DNA from: a virus
Strand: one strand, 5' to 3'
DNA: 64,000 nt
IMG/VR virus record: IMGVR_UViG_3300044769_000253
Span: 15,549 to 79,548 of that record
In this document: positions 1 to 8,955 of the stretch, piece after piece
Position numbering within the stretch: the first letter of the stretch is position 1
Layout: each line of letters begins with the position of its first letter
Notes under the pieces: generated by a model
What the model was told of the DNA's origin: nothing
What the model saw: only the letters and a program-made list of their open reading frames with translations
Database searches by the model: none
Made by a program: the position numbers and the translations under genes

Positions 1-2
1 AT

Positions 3-251
3 CAGCTCCTGCCAGCAGCCCCATCAGCCCCGCAGCTGCAGCCGCCACCTGAACTCGATCCGGAGACGTACGACTACGACACGTCCGGCGAAGACACGCC
101 GAGCGAAACAACGGAGAAGCCGAAGAGTTCGCCCGCTGCGGCGCCGGCTGCATCGTCTGCGTCGACACAGGAGCAAGAGCAAGCGCCTCACGGCGCCGGA
201 GACGCATGGGAACCCGGCAAGGGGGACGGGGCTCAGCGGAAGCTTTACTGA
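3..251 (+). CDS. C-terminal end of a gene begun upstream of the window (Pro/Ala/Glu-rich tail)
   Basis: Open frame from base 3 to TGA 249-251 (QLLPAAPSAPQ...GAQRKLY), same strand as downstream operon. Confidence 0.45.
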   Translation, partial: QLLPAAPSAPQLQPPPELDPETYDYDTSGEDTPSETTEKPKSSPAAAPAASSASTQEQEQAPHGAGDAWEPGKGDGAQRKLY

Positions 252-392
252 CTACGCGCGAACGCGAGGTCCCCTCCTCGCGTCGTCGCCAGCGCACCCG
301 TCGGGTGCGCTACTTCGCAGTGTTGGACCGTGCCCGGGCAAGCCACTGGTGGTGAGGCACGCGACGTTCGACTCGTCGGCTGCGGCCAGAAA

Positions 393-716
393 ATGAGTTA
401 CAACATCGACAGCATCATCATCGTCGAGCGCACCGTGGACTTCGGCCTGACGCTTGAGCACTTCGACGCCGTTGCGAACGCGCTACTCGAACAAGATGTC
501 GAGTGTCCAGAGATGTGGAGCGACCATGCCGAACTGCAGCGAATGCTAGCGCTGGAGGCGCTCCCGTGGTGCGGTGAGTGGTCGGGACACGGATTCGATG
601 CGTTCGTGGCGACGGTCCTGCCAGCGTTCACGGGGAGCGCGGAGCTTGTCGTGTGCTGGGAAGGCGGCGACTCCTACTCCGGGCTGCGCCTGCGGGAGGA
701 GGCCATTCGCGCATGA
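393..716 (+). CDS. hypothetical phage protein
   Basis: ATG 393 within track ORF 330-716; stop overlaps next start (ATGA). Confidence 0.55.
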   Translation: MSYNIDSIIIVERTVDFGLTLEHFDAVANALLEQDVECPEMWSDHAELQRMLALEALPWCGEWSGHGFDAFVATVLPAFTGSAELVVCWEGGDSYSGLRLREEAIRA

Positions 717-1246
717 GCGTTCGCATCCTCGCCCCACCTTTCACGCTGGCCCATGCGGACGCGGCTCACGAGGCCTGGGGCGCAAACTGCGGGCCGACAT
801 CGCTCGCAGCGATTCTCGGCCTGACGCTGGACGAAGTCCGCCCGCACATGAAGGGCTTCGACGCGAAGCGATACACGAACCCGACAATGATGGTCGATGC
901 GCTGGTCTCGCTGGGCGTGAAGTTCGCGATCACCGGTGGGCATTCCTGCGGGAAGCCGCCGCCGTGGCCCGGGTTCGGTCTAGCTCGGATCCAATGGGGC
1001 GGACCGTGGACGAAGGCCGGCGTTCCAGTGCGCGCGCGCTACCGCCACACGCACTGGGTGGGAGCTGGTCAAGCGCAGGACGGATCGCGAGGCGTGTGGG
1101 ACATCAACGCGCTCGACAACGGCACGGGCTGGTGCGCTGAGCCCATGTGGGCTTCGATTCTCGTGCCTGCTCTGCTGAGCGCGTGCGAGCCGAAGGCAGA
1201 CGGCACGTGGTGGATCACGCATGCGATCGAGGTGAGCCGTGTTTAG
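713..1246 (+). CDS. hypothetical phage protein
   Basis: ATGA coupling at 713-716; globular-looking sequence (NCGPTSLAA, YRHTHWVG). Confidence 0.6.
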   Translation: MSVRILAPPFTLAHADAAHEAWGANCGPTSLAAILGLTLDEVRPHMKGFDAKRYTNPTMMVDALVSLGVKFAITGGHSCGKPPPWPGFGLARIQWGGPWTKAGVPVRARYRHTHWVGAGQAQDGSRGVWDINALDNGTGWCAEPMWASILVPALLSACEPKADGTWWITHAIEVSRV

Positions 1247-1796
1247 CCTGCCACTGCCGTCCGCCAGCGTCGTGCTCCACGTGCACAAGCCCCGCTCGCC
1301 GGGGTTGTTTCCATACCGGCAGCCCTACGCCTATTTCTCCCTCTGCGAGCGCTACAGGTATTTCCTCGCCTGGCCGACCGGAGTGGACAACGCACTCGGT
1401 GCGGCGCTCGGATGCTTCGCCAACCCGAGCAAGGCGACGACCGAGCAGACGGACAACACCGTCGACCGGTGGATCGACTACTGCCGAAGGTGGGGCTACG
1501 GGTGGGCCTGGGTGGTCAACGTGCGGGCCTGGCGCGAGACGAACCCGAAGCTCGTTCCGTCCGACCCCGAAGGGATTGGTCCGGAAAACGACGTTTTCAT
1601 CCGGTCGGCTGCAGAGCAGGCCATGCTCGTGGTCTGCGGGTGGGGGAGACTCGGCGGAGCCCGCGGACCTGCCGCCCTCGAGCAGATTCGAGACGCAGGC
1701 GCCGTGCCGCATTCGCTCCGGCTGAACGAAGACGGCAGTCCAGCCCATCCGCTCTACCTACCGGCGGTTTTGAAACCATTCCAGATGGAGTCGTGA
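1239..1796 (+). CDS. DUF1643-family protein
   Basis: NPSKA...DNTVDRW, VVNV.AWR.T.P, VVCGWG, G.PAHPLY motifs. Confidence 0.8.
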   Translation: MFSLPLPSASVVLHVHKPRSPGLFPYRQPYAYFSLCERYRYFLAWPTGVDNALGAALGCFANPSKATTEQTDNTVDRWIDYCRRWGYGWAWVVNVRAWRETNPKLVPSDPEGIGPENDVFIRSAAEQAMLVVCGWGRLGGARGPAALEQIRDAGAVPHSLRLNEDGSPAHPLYLPAVLKPFQMES

Positions 1797-3445
1797 TGGC
1801 GAACCCGATCAAGATGGGCCACGATCTCTCCCTGCCGATCGACGCCGTGACCGAGAAACTGGCGTGGCTTGGGCGCACGGGTAGCGGCAAGACGTACGGC
1901 GCAAAGCGCATGGTCGAGCAGATGCTTCGAGCGCGAGCTCACGTGATCGTGATCGATCCCGTTGGCACTTGGGCTGGTCTCCGTCTCGGTCCGAAGGCGT
2001 TCGACGTTCCCGTGCTCGGTGGTCTGCACGGAGATATCCCGCTCGAGCCAGGCGCAGGATCCGTTGTCGCCGATCTGGTGGTCGATCGACAGGTGAGCGT
2101 CGTGCTGGACGTAAGCCAGATGATCGACGCAGACCGCACGCGCTTCGCGACCGGTTTCGCAGGGCGCTTCTACCAGCGCCAAAAGGCAGCGCCGCGAGCC
2201 GTGCACGTGGTGCTCGAAGAGTGCCAGGACTTCATCCCGCAAAACCAGCAGCACGGCGAAGAGCGGATGCTTCACGAGTTCCATCGGATCTGCAAGGTCG
2301 GACGTAACTTCGGCATCGGCGTGAGCCTCATCACGCAGCGCCCACAGGAGGTCAGCAAGAAGGCGCTGAACCAAACCGAGTGCGTGTTCGCCTTCCAGAT
2401 GACTGGGCCGCAGGAGCGGAAGGCGCTCGAGTATTGGCTCTCCGACAAGGGCTTCACCGAGAAGCTATCGGACGTTCTACCGCGCCTCGAAGTCGGAGCG
2501 CCACACGTATGGAGCCCGATGTGGCTCAAGTTGTCCAAGGTCGTGCACATCCTGCCGATCGATAGCCTCGACACCTCGCGGACGCCGAAGGTCGGCGCCA
2601 GGGCGTTCACCGCAGCGAAGCTAAGCCCGATCGATCTCGAAAACCTGCGCACGCAGATGGCTGACGCGATCGAACGAGCGCTGGCAGACGACCCGAAGGC
2701 GCTTCGAGCTCGAATCGTGGAGCTGGAGCGGGAGCTGAAGGCTCGGCCCGCGGCTGAGTCGGTTCGCGTCGAGGTACCGCTGCTCGACGAGGCGACCAAG
2801 GCGAGCATGGACGCGCTAGGCGAGGCGATGGGCAGGGTCAGCGCGCAGTTCGAAGCGGTCGTGCTCCGCTTCGGAGATGCCGCCTGGAGGGGCTACCGCG
2901 AGGCAGAGAAGCCCCGCCCCGCGCCGAGGCAGATCCAACCGGCATTCTCTCACCCGCGAGCCCCGACCCCGCGCGAACGGCATCAGGTGGCCCTCTCTCG
3001 CTGCGCCCGTGCGATCCTGGGAGTCGTGGCGCAGCGGGCGCCGGCGCCGACGACGGCAGCGCAGGCCGCAATCCTCAGTGGCTACTCGGTAACGAGCTCG
3101 GGGTTCGCGAACGCGTTGAGCGAGCTCCGGACGAAAGGGCTGATCGAGGGTTCCCGGGACGAGCTCCGCGTCACGACGGCCGGGATCGAGGTGACGGGGC
3201 CGGTCTCGCCTCTTCCGAGCGGGGAGGCTCTCGTGGACTACTGGAAGGGCAAGCTCGGGCGGTGCGAGAGGGAGATATTGCAGGTGCTCGTGGATGCCCG
3301 AGGCGCGCTGCCGAAGTCGGAGATCGCCACGCGAAGCGGCTACTCGGAGACGAGCAGCGGGTTTGCGAACGCGCTGTCGAAGCTGCGAACGCTCCAGCTT
3401 GCCGACGGGTACCAAGAGGTGAGGGCAAGCGAGGTGTTCCGATGA
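1796..3445 (+). CDS. HerA/DUF87-like P-loop ATPase with two C-terminal winged-helix-like repeats
   Basis: Walker A GRTGSGKT, VIDPVG, Walker B VVLEECQ, GRNFGIG..LITQRP; duplicated GYS.TSSGFANALS.LR motif; start ATG 1796 overlaps upstream TGA. Confidence 0.8.
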   Translation: MANPIKMGHDLSLPIDAVTEKLAWLGRTGSGKTYGAKRMVEQMLRARAHVIVIDPVGTWAGLRLGPKAFDVPVLGGLHGDIPLEPGAGSVVADLVVDRQVSVVLDVSQMIDADRTRFATGFAGRFYQRQKAAPRAVHVVLEECQDFIPQNQQHGEERMLHEFHRICKVGRNFGIGVSLITQRPQEVSKKALNQTECVFAFQMTGPQERKALEYWLSDKGFTEKLSDVLPRLEVGAPHVWSPMWLKLSKVVHILPIDSLDTSRTPKVGARAFTAAKLSPIDLENLRTQMADAIERALADDPKALRARIVELERELKARPAAESVRVEVPLLDEATKASMDALGEAMGRVSAQFEAVVLRFGDAAWRGYREAEKPRPAPRQIQPAFSHPRAPTPRERHQVALSRCARAILGVVAQRAPAPTTAAQAAILSGYSVTSSGFANALSELRTKGLIEGSRDELRVTTAGIEVTGPVSPLPSGEALVDYWKGKLGRCEREILQVLVDARGALPKSEIATRSGYSETSSGFANALSKLRTLQLADGYQEVRASEVFR

Positions 3446-3759
3446 GCCAACGCCTCATCGACCTTTGCTCGAGGGGTCGCACGCCTGCGCTTCACTCCAT
3501 GCTGCATCGGTACGGCATTCCACAGGGAACGTCACTCGACCAGCAAGAGCGGGCGCGGAGTGAGCTTTGGTCGATTCTATGCGAGGCCTACAACATGGGC
3601 CGGCGGTCTTTCGAGGCTGATGTCTCCAACGGAAGTGAGGTCCCACATGTCGCCGCCGGGGAAATCTCGGAGCCGTCCGGCCAGGTGTCGGGCGGTGCGG
3701 GCGTTGAACGGAGTTCGGGCCCGCCCTGCCGTTCGGGCGAAAGGGGCCCGGTTCGATGA
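3442..3759 (+). CDS. hypothetical protein
   Basis: ATGA-coupled on both sides. Confidence 0.45.
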   Translation: MSQRLIDLCSRGRTPALHSMLHRYGIPQGTSLDQQERARSELWSILCEAYNMGRRSFEADVSNGSEVPHVAAGEISEPSGQVSGGAGVERSSGPPCRSGERGPVR

Positions 3760-4289
3760 CCGCGCGCAAAGCGAAGGCGCCGTGGGCGCGACTGCTGGAC
3801 GGCGGGAAGCTGATGTGTGTCCGGTGCGGCGCGGAATACGGGCCGGAGCTCCCCGCGCCGATGGACGTATTCCTGGCGATCATGAAGGCGTTCACGAAGA
3901 GTCACCGCAACTGCAAACCGCACGCCGACGGTGACGTGTGCGTGCTGTGCAGCGCACGGCACAAGGGTGAATGCGGCGCGACACTCACGCCCCAGCAGTG
4001 GATTGTGTCCGGTGACACTGGGCGTTCGTCGGTCGCGATCTGGAGCCACATGATGCACTCACGAGGCAACACCGAGCACCCATTGGATCCTGATGACTTC
4101 GGACGCTGTTACCGCCTATTGAAGGCGATCCCAGCGTGGCGCGCGCGCATCGGAGAGATGGCGAGCGTGTCTCGCGTGTGGGGTAGCCTCGTCGAGCACT
4201 GGGCCGAACTCGAGGCGCTCTACGTCGAGGAGTTGCCGACGGGGAGAGCGCCGAAGCTCTACGCGCGCATGAAGGAGCTCGGAGCATGA
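3756..4289 (+). CDS. hypothetical protein with CxxC motifs
   Basis: CVRC, CVLC; ATGA-coupled; C-terminal HPLDPDDFGRCYRLL. Confidence 0.6.
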   Translation: MTARKAKAPWARLLDGGKLMCVRCGAEYGPELPAPMDVFLAIMKAFTKSHRNCKPHADGDVCVLCSARHKGECGATLTPQQWIVSGDTGRSSVAIWSHMMHSRGNTEHPLDPDDFGRCYRLLKAIPAWRARIGEMASVSRVWGSLVEHWAELEALYVEELPTGRAPKLYARMKELGA

Positions 4290-4666
4290 CCAAGCCCGAA
4301 CGTGTTCAGCGCTCGCGCAAGAAGGGCTCGCGCCTCGTTTCGCCCAACGGCCTGCCCGTCGTGTGCGTATCGCGGGGAACCAAGTGGGGAAACCCGTTCC
4401 GGCTGGAGCGGTTTCGTCTGGTAGACGAAGCACCACCGGACTTCATCCCACTGCCGGGGAGAGCATGGAGAGAGCACCGGCGCGCGATGTGCGTGGACGG
4501 GTTCCGATATGCGCTCGAACGTGGGGAGCTGAACATCACGGTCGACGACGTCAGGCGCGAGTTGCGTGGGAAAAACCTAGCGTGCTGGTGCGAGCGATCC
4601 TACGTCTGTCACGCCGACGTGCTGCTCGAAATCAGCAACGATGGGGGCGCCGACGCCGATGGATGA
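4286..4666 (+). CDS. DUF4326-family protein
   Basis: R.TKWGNPF, LRGKNLACWC, CHADVLLEI. Confidence 0.8.
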   Translation: MTKPERVQRSRKKGSRLVSPNGLPVVCVSRGTKWGNPFRLERFRLVDEAPPDFIPLPGRAWREHRRAMCVDGFRYALERGELNITVDDVRRELRGKNLACWCERSYVCHADVLLEISNDGGADADG

Positions 4667-4862
4667 GAAGCGTTTCGACCACGTGATCGTGGTGTGCAAA
4701 GGGTGTCACCGCGAGCGCCGGCACGACTTCGATCGACTCTTCACCACGAAGGACGTGGTGGCATGGGTGAGAGGCGGAGGACCGGCGCCGTTTGCTTGCC
4801 TGTGCGGGTCGCCCTCCTGTGATCTGAAGTTCCACATGATTGAGGTGGCCAATGCCTCATAA
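4659..4862 (+). CDS. small Zn-ribbon-like protein
   Basis: CKGC and CLCGSPSC; overlaps neighbours. Confidence 0.5.
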   Translation: MDEKRFDHVIVVCKGCHRERRHDFDRLFTTKDVVAWVRGGGPAPFACLCGSPSCDLKFHMIEVANAS

Positions 4863-5223
4863 GGACTTATGCGTTCTATGGGTCGCTAGCGTGCTCGCTG
4901 CACTGGAGGGCAACGGGGTGTGTTGCGGCACCGAGGCGGAGCTTTCTGCGGCGGTCGCGTCGCTGCTATCGCGCGCTGGCATCGAATTCGAGGCAGAGGT
5001 GCGCATCGACGCGCGTAGCAGGCTCGACTTTCTGGTGGGCCGAGTAGCGATCGAACTCAAGATCCGTGGTGGACTCTCGGCGCTGATTCGACAGTTGGAT
5101 CGCTACGCGCAGTCGGATCGCATCGACGCCATCGCCGTGGTCACCACGAGTCGGCGGCTGGGCGGAGTCCCGTCCGAGCTCCGCGGCAAACCCATCACGG
5201 TGATCTGCATGGGGGTGCTGTAA
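4852..5223 (+). CDS. PD-(D/E)XK restriction-endonuclease-like protein, 3' end altered by IS insertion
   Basis: FEAEV...RLDFLV...VAIELK; its stop TAA is supplied by the IS end. Confidence 0.65.
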   Translation: MPHKDLCVLWVASVLAALEGNGVCCGTEAELSAAVASLLSRAGIEFEAEVRIDARSRLDFLVGRVAIELKIRGGLSALIRQLDRYAQSDRIDAIAVVTTSRRLGGVPSELRGKPITVICMGVL

Positions 5224-6443
5224 ACAACCCCGCCCTAAAGGGCGAAGCTTTGCAGATCGAGTCCATGGCTCACAACCACTTCAACCCCGTCCACGATAGG
5301 CCCGTTTACGCGAGCCCTGGATGCGATGTTGCGGGCGCCGACATGATCGGCGTGGTCCGCAAAGCCGCACCCGGTGCAGACGAATTCGGATTGCGTCTTC
5401 CGATTCGCCTTGTCCATACAACCGCACTCTGGACATGTTCTACTGGTGTTGCGTGGGTCCACCGCTACCAGCGCGACGCCAGAGAGTTTCGCCTTGTAGC
5501 TGAGGAATGCGCGCAGTTGGAAGAACGACCAGCCATGCAGATGTGCTCGCTGGGCCCTACGAACCGTTACCCGTTCGCGGATGTGCGTCAGGTCTTCCAA
5601 CGCGATACCGCGGCCGGTGTCTCTGGCCTTGCGAACAATCGACTTGCTGATGACGTGATTTGTATGTGCGTGGAAACGCTGCTCTCTCCTTCGGAGCTTG
5701 CGCAGGTGGCGCTTGGCACTCTTGGTGCCGGTGGACTGAAGACCGGAACGCAGCTTGGCGATTCGGCTTCGTGCGACGAGCGTGGCATCACCCGAGTGCA
5801 TCTCACCATCCGAATCGACGGCGAGGTTTCGGATCCCGAGGTCAACCCCGAGCCAGCCCTCGGGATCGATGGGCGAGCCATCGGGGACTTCGATGGTCAC
5901 GAACAGGAAGAGCTTGCCCTTGCGGTAGACAAGATCTGCTTGCCCGCGCACGCCTGCGAGGCGAGCCAGGTGGTAAGCGCCGATGGCGCACGGCACGACG
6001 ATGCGACCGTCCAACGCGAGCAGGCTCACGCGGTCGAGGCCGTTCTTGAAAGTGTAGATACGCTGATCGTAGGCAATGGCGCCGTGCTCACGGAACCTCG
6101 GGAGCTTCGACCGGTCGCGACGGTAGACCTCGCAGACCTTCGAGATGGCGCGGACCGTGTGCTGCGACGAGAGCCCGAAGCGGTCGCGCAGCTCGTGGTA
6201 GTAGAGCTTCTGCAAGCGCAACTTATCGGCACTCTGCAGCGCGAACGCGCGCTCTGCGAGCCAGGTACATGCCTCGTTGACCCGAACCATCGTTGCCAGG
6301 AGCCGTGCCTTTTGGGCGGCATCGACGAGCAACTTGACGGTCGCGATGAGCTTCATTGGCATAGGCATAGCACGGCTAAGCAATATGGCAACCGGAAGGG
6401 CCGGTTCCTCACCGCCCTGAAGGACGGGGCTTCCCCGGCTCTG
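5220..6443 (-). mobile_element. IS200/IS605-family solo-TnpB element (IS1341-like, no tnpA)
   Basis: Subterminal hairpins on minus strand: left GAAGCCCCGTCCTTCAGGGCGGTGAGG (about 6406-6432), right GCTTCGCCCTTTAGGGCGGGGTTGTTTAC (5220-5248). Removing 5220-6443 restores an in-frame TAG at 6463-6465, 1 nt before the SNF2 start. Confidence 0.8.
5235..6383 (-). CDS. tnpB: TnpB RNA-guided endonuclease with intact RuvC
   Basis: LGVDLG (RuvC-I), IALEDL (RuvC-II), CPECG/CTGCG Zn finger, HADHVGARNI (RuvC-III); start may be ATG 6356. Confidence 0.95.
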   Translation of the reverse strand: MLSRAMPMPMKLIATVKLLVDAAQKARLLATMVRVNEACTWLAERAFALQSADKLRLQKLYYHELRDRFGLSSQHTVRAISKVCEVYRRDRSKLPRFREHGAIAYDQRIYTFKNGLDRVSLLALDGRIVVPCAIGAYHLARLAGVRGQADLVYRKGKLFLFVTIEVPDGSPIDPEGWLGVDLGIRNLAVDSDGEMHSGDATLVARSRIAKLRSGLQSTGTKSAKRHLRKLRRREQRFHAHTNHVISKSIVRKARDTGRGIALEDLTHIRERVTVRRAQRAHLHGWSFFQLRAFLSYKAKLSGVALVAVDPRNTSRTCPECGCMDKANRKTQSEFVCTGCGFADHADHVGARNIASRARVNGPIVDGVEVVVSHGLDLQSFAL

Positions 6444-6466
6444 CTCAAGGACTGCGAGGTTTTAGG

Positions 6467-8215
6467 GTGAAGACGTTCGGCAAAGTGTCGTTCCGCGGCG
6501 ACAAGTGGCTGATAGACGTGGAGCCGCACGTGCGCCTGCGAGCGAAGCGCGTCTTCGGTCAGCTCGCATCGCACGCGCAGAAGTGCGTGGCCATCAGCGA
6601 CACGATTGAAAATGCCCGCGACCTCTCGTGGTTTCTCGAGCGCTATCCGGTGGAGATGAGCGCAGCAGATCGCGGCCGACTCGATGAGCGTGCGACCGCC
6701 CACGTCGAGCGTGAATCTCTGGTCGACCAACTGATGAAGGGGATCGCAACCCCTCGCTCGTTCAAGCTCGCCATCGAGCCTCGTGACTACCAGCGCGTGG
6801 CCGCCGAGTGCGCCTTGCGGATGCGCGGCTTGCTGCTCGCGGACGATGTGGGCTTGGGCAAGACAGCCGTCGGTATCAGCCTGCTGACCGAGAGCGATGC
6901 ACGGCCGGGTCTCGTGGTGACGTTGACGCACCTGACGCGGCAGTGGGAGCGTGAGATCGAGAAGTTCGCGCCGGGTCTGAACGTGCACGTCCTGAAAAAA
7001 GGAACTCCGTACGACCTGACGGCCCGGCCGCGCACGCGAGGGAAACAGCTGTCGTTACCCGGGAGCTTCCCCGACGTGATCGTGACCTCGTACAGCAAGA
7101 TTCGTGGATGGGCTGAGACTCTCGCGCCCATCGTGCGTTCTGTGGTGTGGGACGAAGTGCAGGAGTTGCGCCGAGGCGAGCAGTCTCAGAAGGGCGAAGC
7201 GGCGACGGAGATCGCCGATGCTACCGAGTATCGGTGTGGGCTCTCGGCGACACCAATCTACAATTACGGCGGGGAAATCTGGAACATCTACCGTTTCATC
7301 AGCCCGAATGCTCTTGGAACTCAGCAAGAGTTCATGACCGAGCACTGCAATGGGCAGGACTCGCGAGGCAACGCGAGCCTGAAGGATCCGAAAGCGTTCG
7401 GATCGTACCTGCGCGCCGCGGGGCTGATGCTGCGACGCACCCGCAAGGATGTGGGTCGCGAACTGCCCGAGGTGATCCGAATCCCGCACACGATCGACAT
7501 GGACGATCGTCCATTGAAAGAGATCGAACGCGCCGCCGAGAAACTCGCTCACGTAATCCTGCTGAAGCAGGAGGAATCGCGGGGCGAGAAGATGCGGGCC
7601 AGCGAGGAATTGAGCGGACTCGTGCGTCACGCAACGGGAGTAGGAAAGGCGCCGTACGTTGCCGAGTTCGTTAGAATTCTTGTCGAGAATGGCGAGCCGG
7701 TGATCCTGTACGGATGGCACCGTAGCGTCTACGACATCTGGTTAGAGCGGCTCAAAGACTTGCACCCGGCGATGTACACGGGCAGCGAGTCAGCGGCAGC
7801 GAAGGACACGAGCGCTCAACGGTTCCTGAATGGCGAAACGGACGTCATGATCTTGAGCCTGCGCGCCGGAGCCGGGCTCGAGGGCCTCCAGCGTCGTGGG
7901 CGAACGCTTGTGTTCGGAGAACTCGACTGGAGTCCTGGAGTCATGGACCAGTGCGTCGGGCGTAAGCATCGGGACGGCCTCGATGGATCGCTGGCGGTTT
8001 ACTACCTGCTCGCCGACGAGGGTTCCGATCCGATCATGGCGGACGTGCTGCAAATCAAGCGGTCGCAGAGCGAAGGCCTGCGGAATCCGACGCTCGACCT
8101 GATCGAAAAGCTGGACGTCAGCGGCGAACGCATCCGCGACTTGGCGCGGAGCTATCTCAGCAAGCGCCCACGCTCGCATGCGTCGGCGTCGGCGGGGGAG
8201 GTGGTCAATGCCTGA
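6467..8215 (+). CDS. SNF2-family helicase/ATPase
   Basis: LLADDVGLGKT, VVWDEVQ, LSATPIYN, MLRRTRKDV, AGAGLEGLQ, ELDWSPG. Confidence 0.9.
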   Translation: MKTFGKVSFRGDKWLIDVEPHVRLRAKRVFGQLASHAQKCVAISDTIENARDLSWFLERYPVEMSAADRGRLDERATAHVERESLVDQLMKGIATPRSFKLAIEPRDYQRVAAECALRMRGLLLADDVGLGKTAVGISLLTESDARPGLVVTLTHLTRQWEREIEKFAPGLNVHVLKKGTPYDLTARPRTRGKQLSLPGSFPDVIVTSYSKIRGWAETLAPIVRSVVWDEVQELRRGEQSQKGEAATEIADATEYRCGLSATPIYNYGGEIWNIYRFISPNALGTQQEFMTEHCNGQDSRGNASLKDPKAFGSYLRAAGLMLRRTRKDVGRELPEVIRIPHTIDMDDRPLKEIERAAEKLAHVILLKQEESRGEKMRASEELSGLVRHATGVGKAPYVAEFVRILVENGEPVILYGWHRSVYDIWLERLKDLHPAMYTGSESAAAKDTSAQRFLNGETDVMILSLRAGAGLEGLQRRGRTLVFGELDWSPGVMDQCVGRKHRDGLDGSLAVYYLLADEGSDPIMADVLQIKRSQSEGLRNPTLDLIEKLDVSGERIRDLARSYLSKRPRSHASASAGEVVNA

Positions 8216-8510
8216 TTACACACAGAATCTAGGTGATCGCAGAGAGTTGGAGTTTTTCGAAGCGATCGAGCGGGTTATCGCGGCCAGCCGCTATCGGCTC
8301 GATCCGCCTGGTGCGTTGTTGCGCCTGACTGACGTCGAGGCGGGCGACCTCGGGCTGAACGACCCAGCACGCGCCCACGTCCTACTGGTCGCTGCTCTCG
8401 GCGTGATCGACGGCTGCGCGCGTCGATGGGGAGAGAGCTCGGCCGAGCGGGACGAGTTTCTTCGCATCTGCGGAGCGGCCTTCGACAAGGCGCGAGGGTC
8501 CAATGCCTGA
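8208..8510 (+). CDS. hypothetical protein containing a 17-aa copy of a head-region protein segment
   Basis: ATG 8208; PPGALLRLTDVEAGDLG identical to ORF 33881-34408. Confidence 0.5.
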   Translation: MPDYTQNLGDRRELEFFEAIERVIAASRYRLDPPGALLRLTDVEAGDLGLNDPARAHVLLVAALGVIDGCARRWGESSAERDEFLRICGAAFDKARGSNA

Positions 8511-8955
8511 GCGCCTCACGCTCGTCCCCTTGCACCGTGACGAGGCGGACGCCTTCGTTGCACGGCACCACCGTCACAGGGGCAGGGTGGTCGGCTACAA
8601 ATTCGCCCTGGGCGCTGCGCTGGCTGGTGTGATCATCGGCGTGGCCATCGTGGGTCGCCCCGTTGCCCGCGAGCTGCAGGACGGGCTCACGCTCGAGGTG
8701 ACGCGGCTTTGCACGGATGGGACCCGCAACGCATGCTCGTTCCTCTACTCGGCCTGCTGGCGCGCCGCGCGGGCTCTCGGGTACCACCGTCTCGTCACAT
8801 ACACGCTAGCGTCGGAGGGCGGAGCGTCGCTCCGCGGCGCGGGATGGCGAGTCGTGGGACAGGTGCGGGCCGAGTCGTGGGACAGGCCGAGTAGGCCCCG
8901 CGTGGACGTCCACCCGCTGCAACAAAAGCTCAGGTGGGAGGTGTGGAGTGGCTGA
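8503..8955 (+). CDS. XF1762-like / GNAT-fold phage protein
   Basis: HHRH, GVAIVGRPVAR, LEVTRLC.DG..NACSFLY..CWRAARALGY, TYTLASE.G.SL. Confidence 0.65.
   Translation: MPERLTLVPLHRDEADAFVARHHRHRGRVVGYKFALGAALAGVIIGVAIVGRPVARELQDGLTLEVTRLCTDGTRNACSFLYSACWRAARALGYHRLVTYTLASEGGASLRGAGWRVVGQVRAESWDRPSRPRVDVHPLQQKLRWEVWSG

Noticed and set aside
5250-6470. 406-aa plus-strand ORF and the many other long antisense ORFs in the track
   Set aside because: Shadow frames of real genes in high-GC DNA; no recognisable motifs
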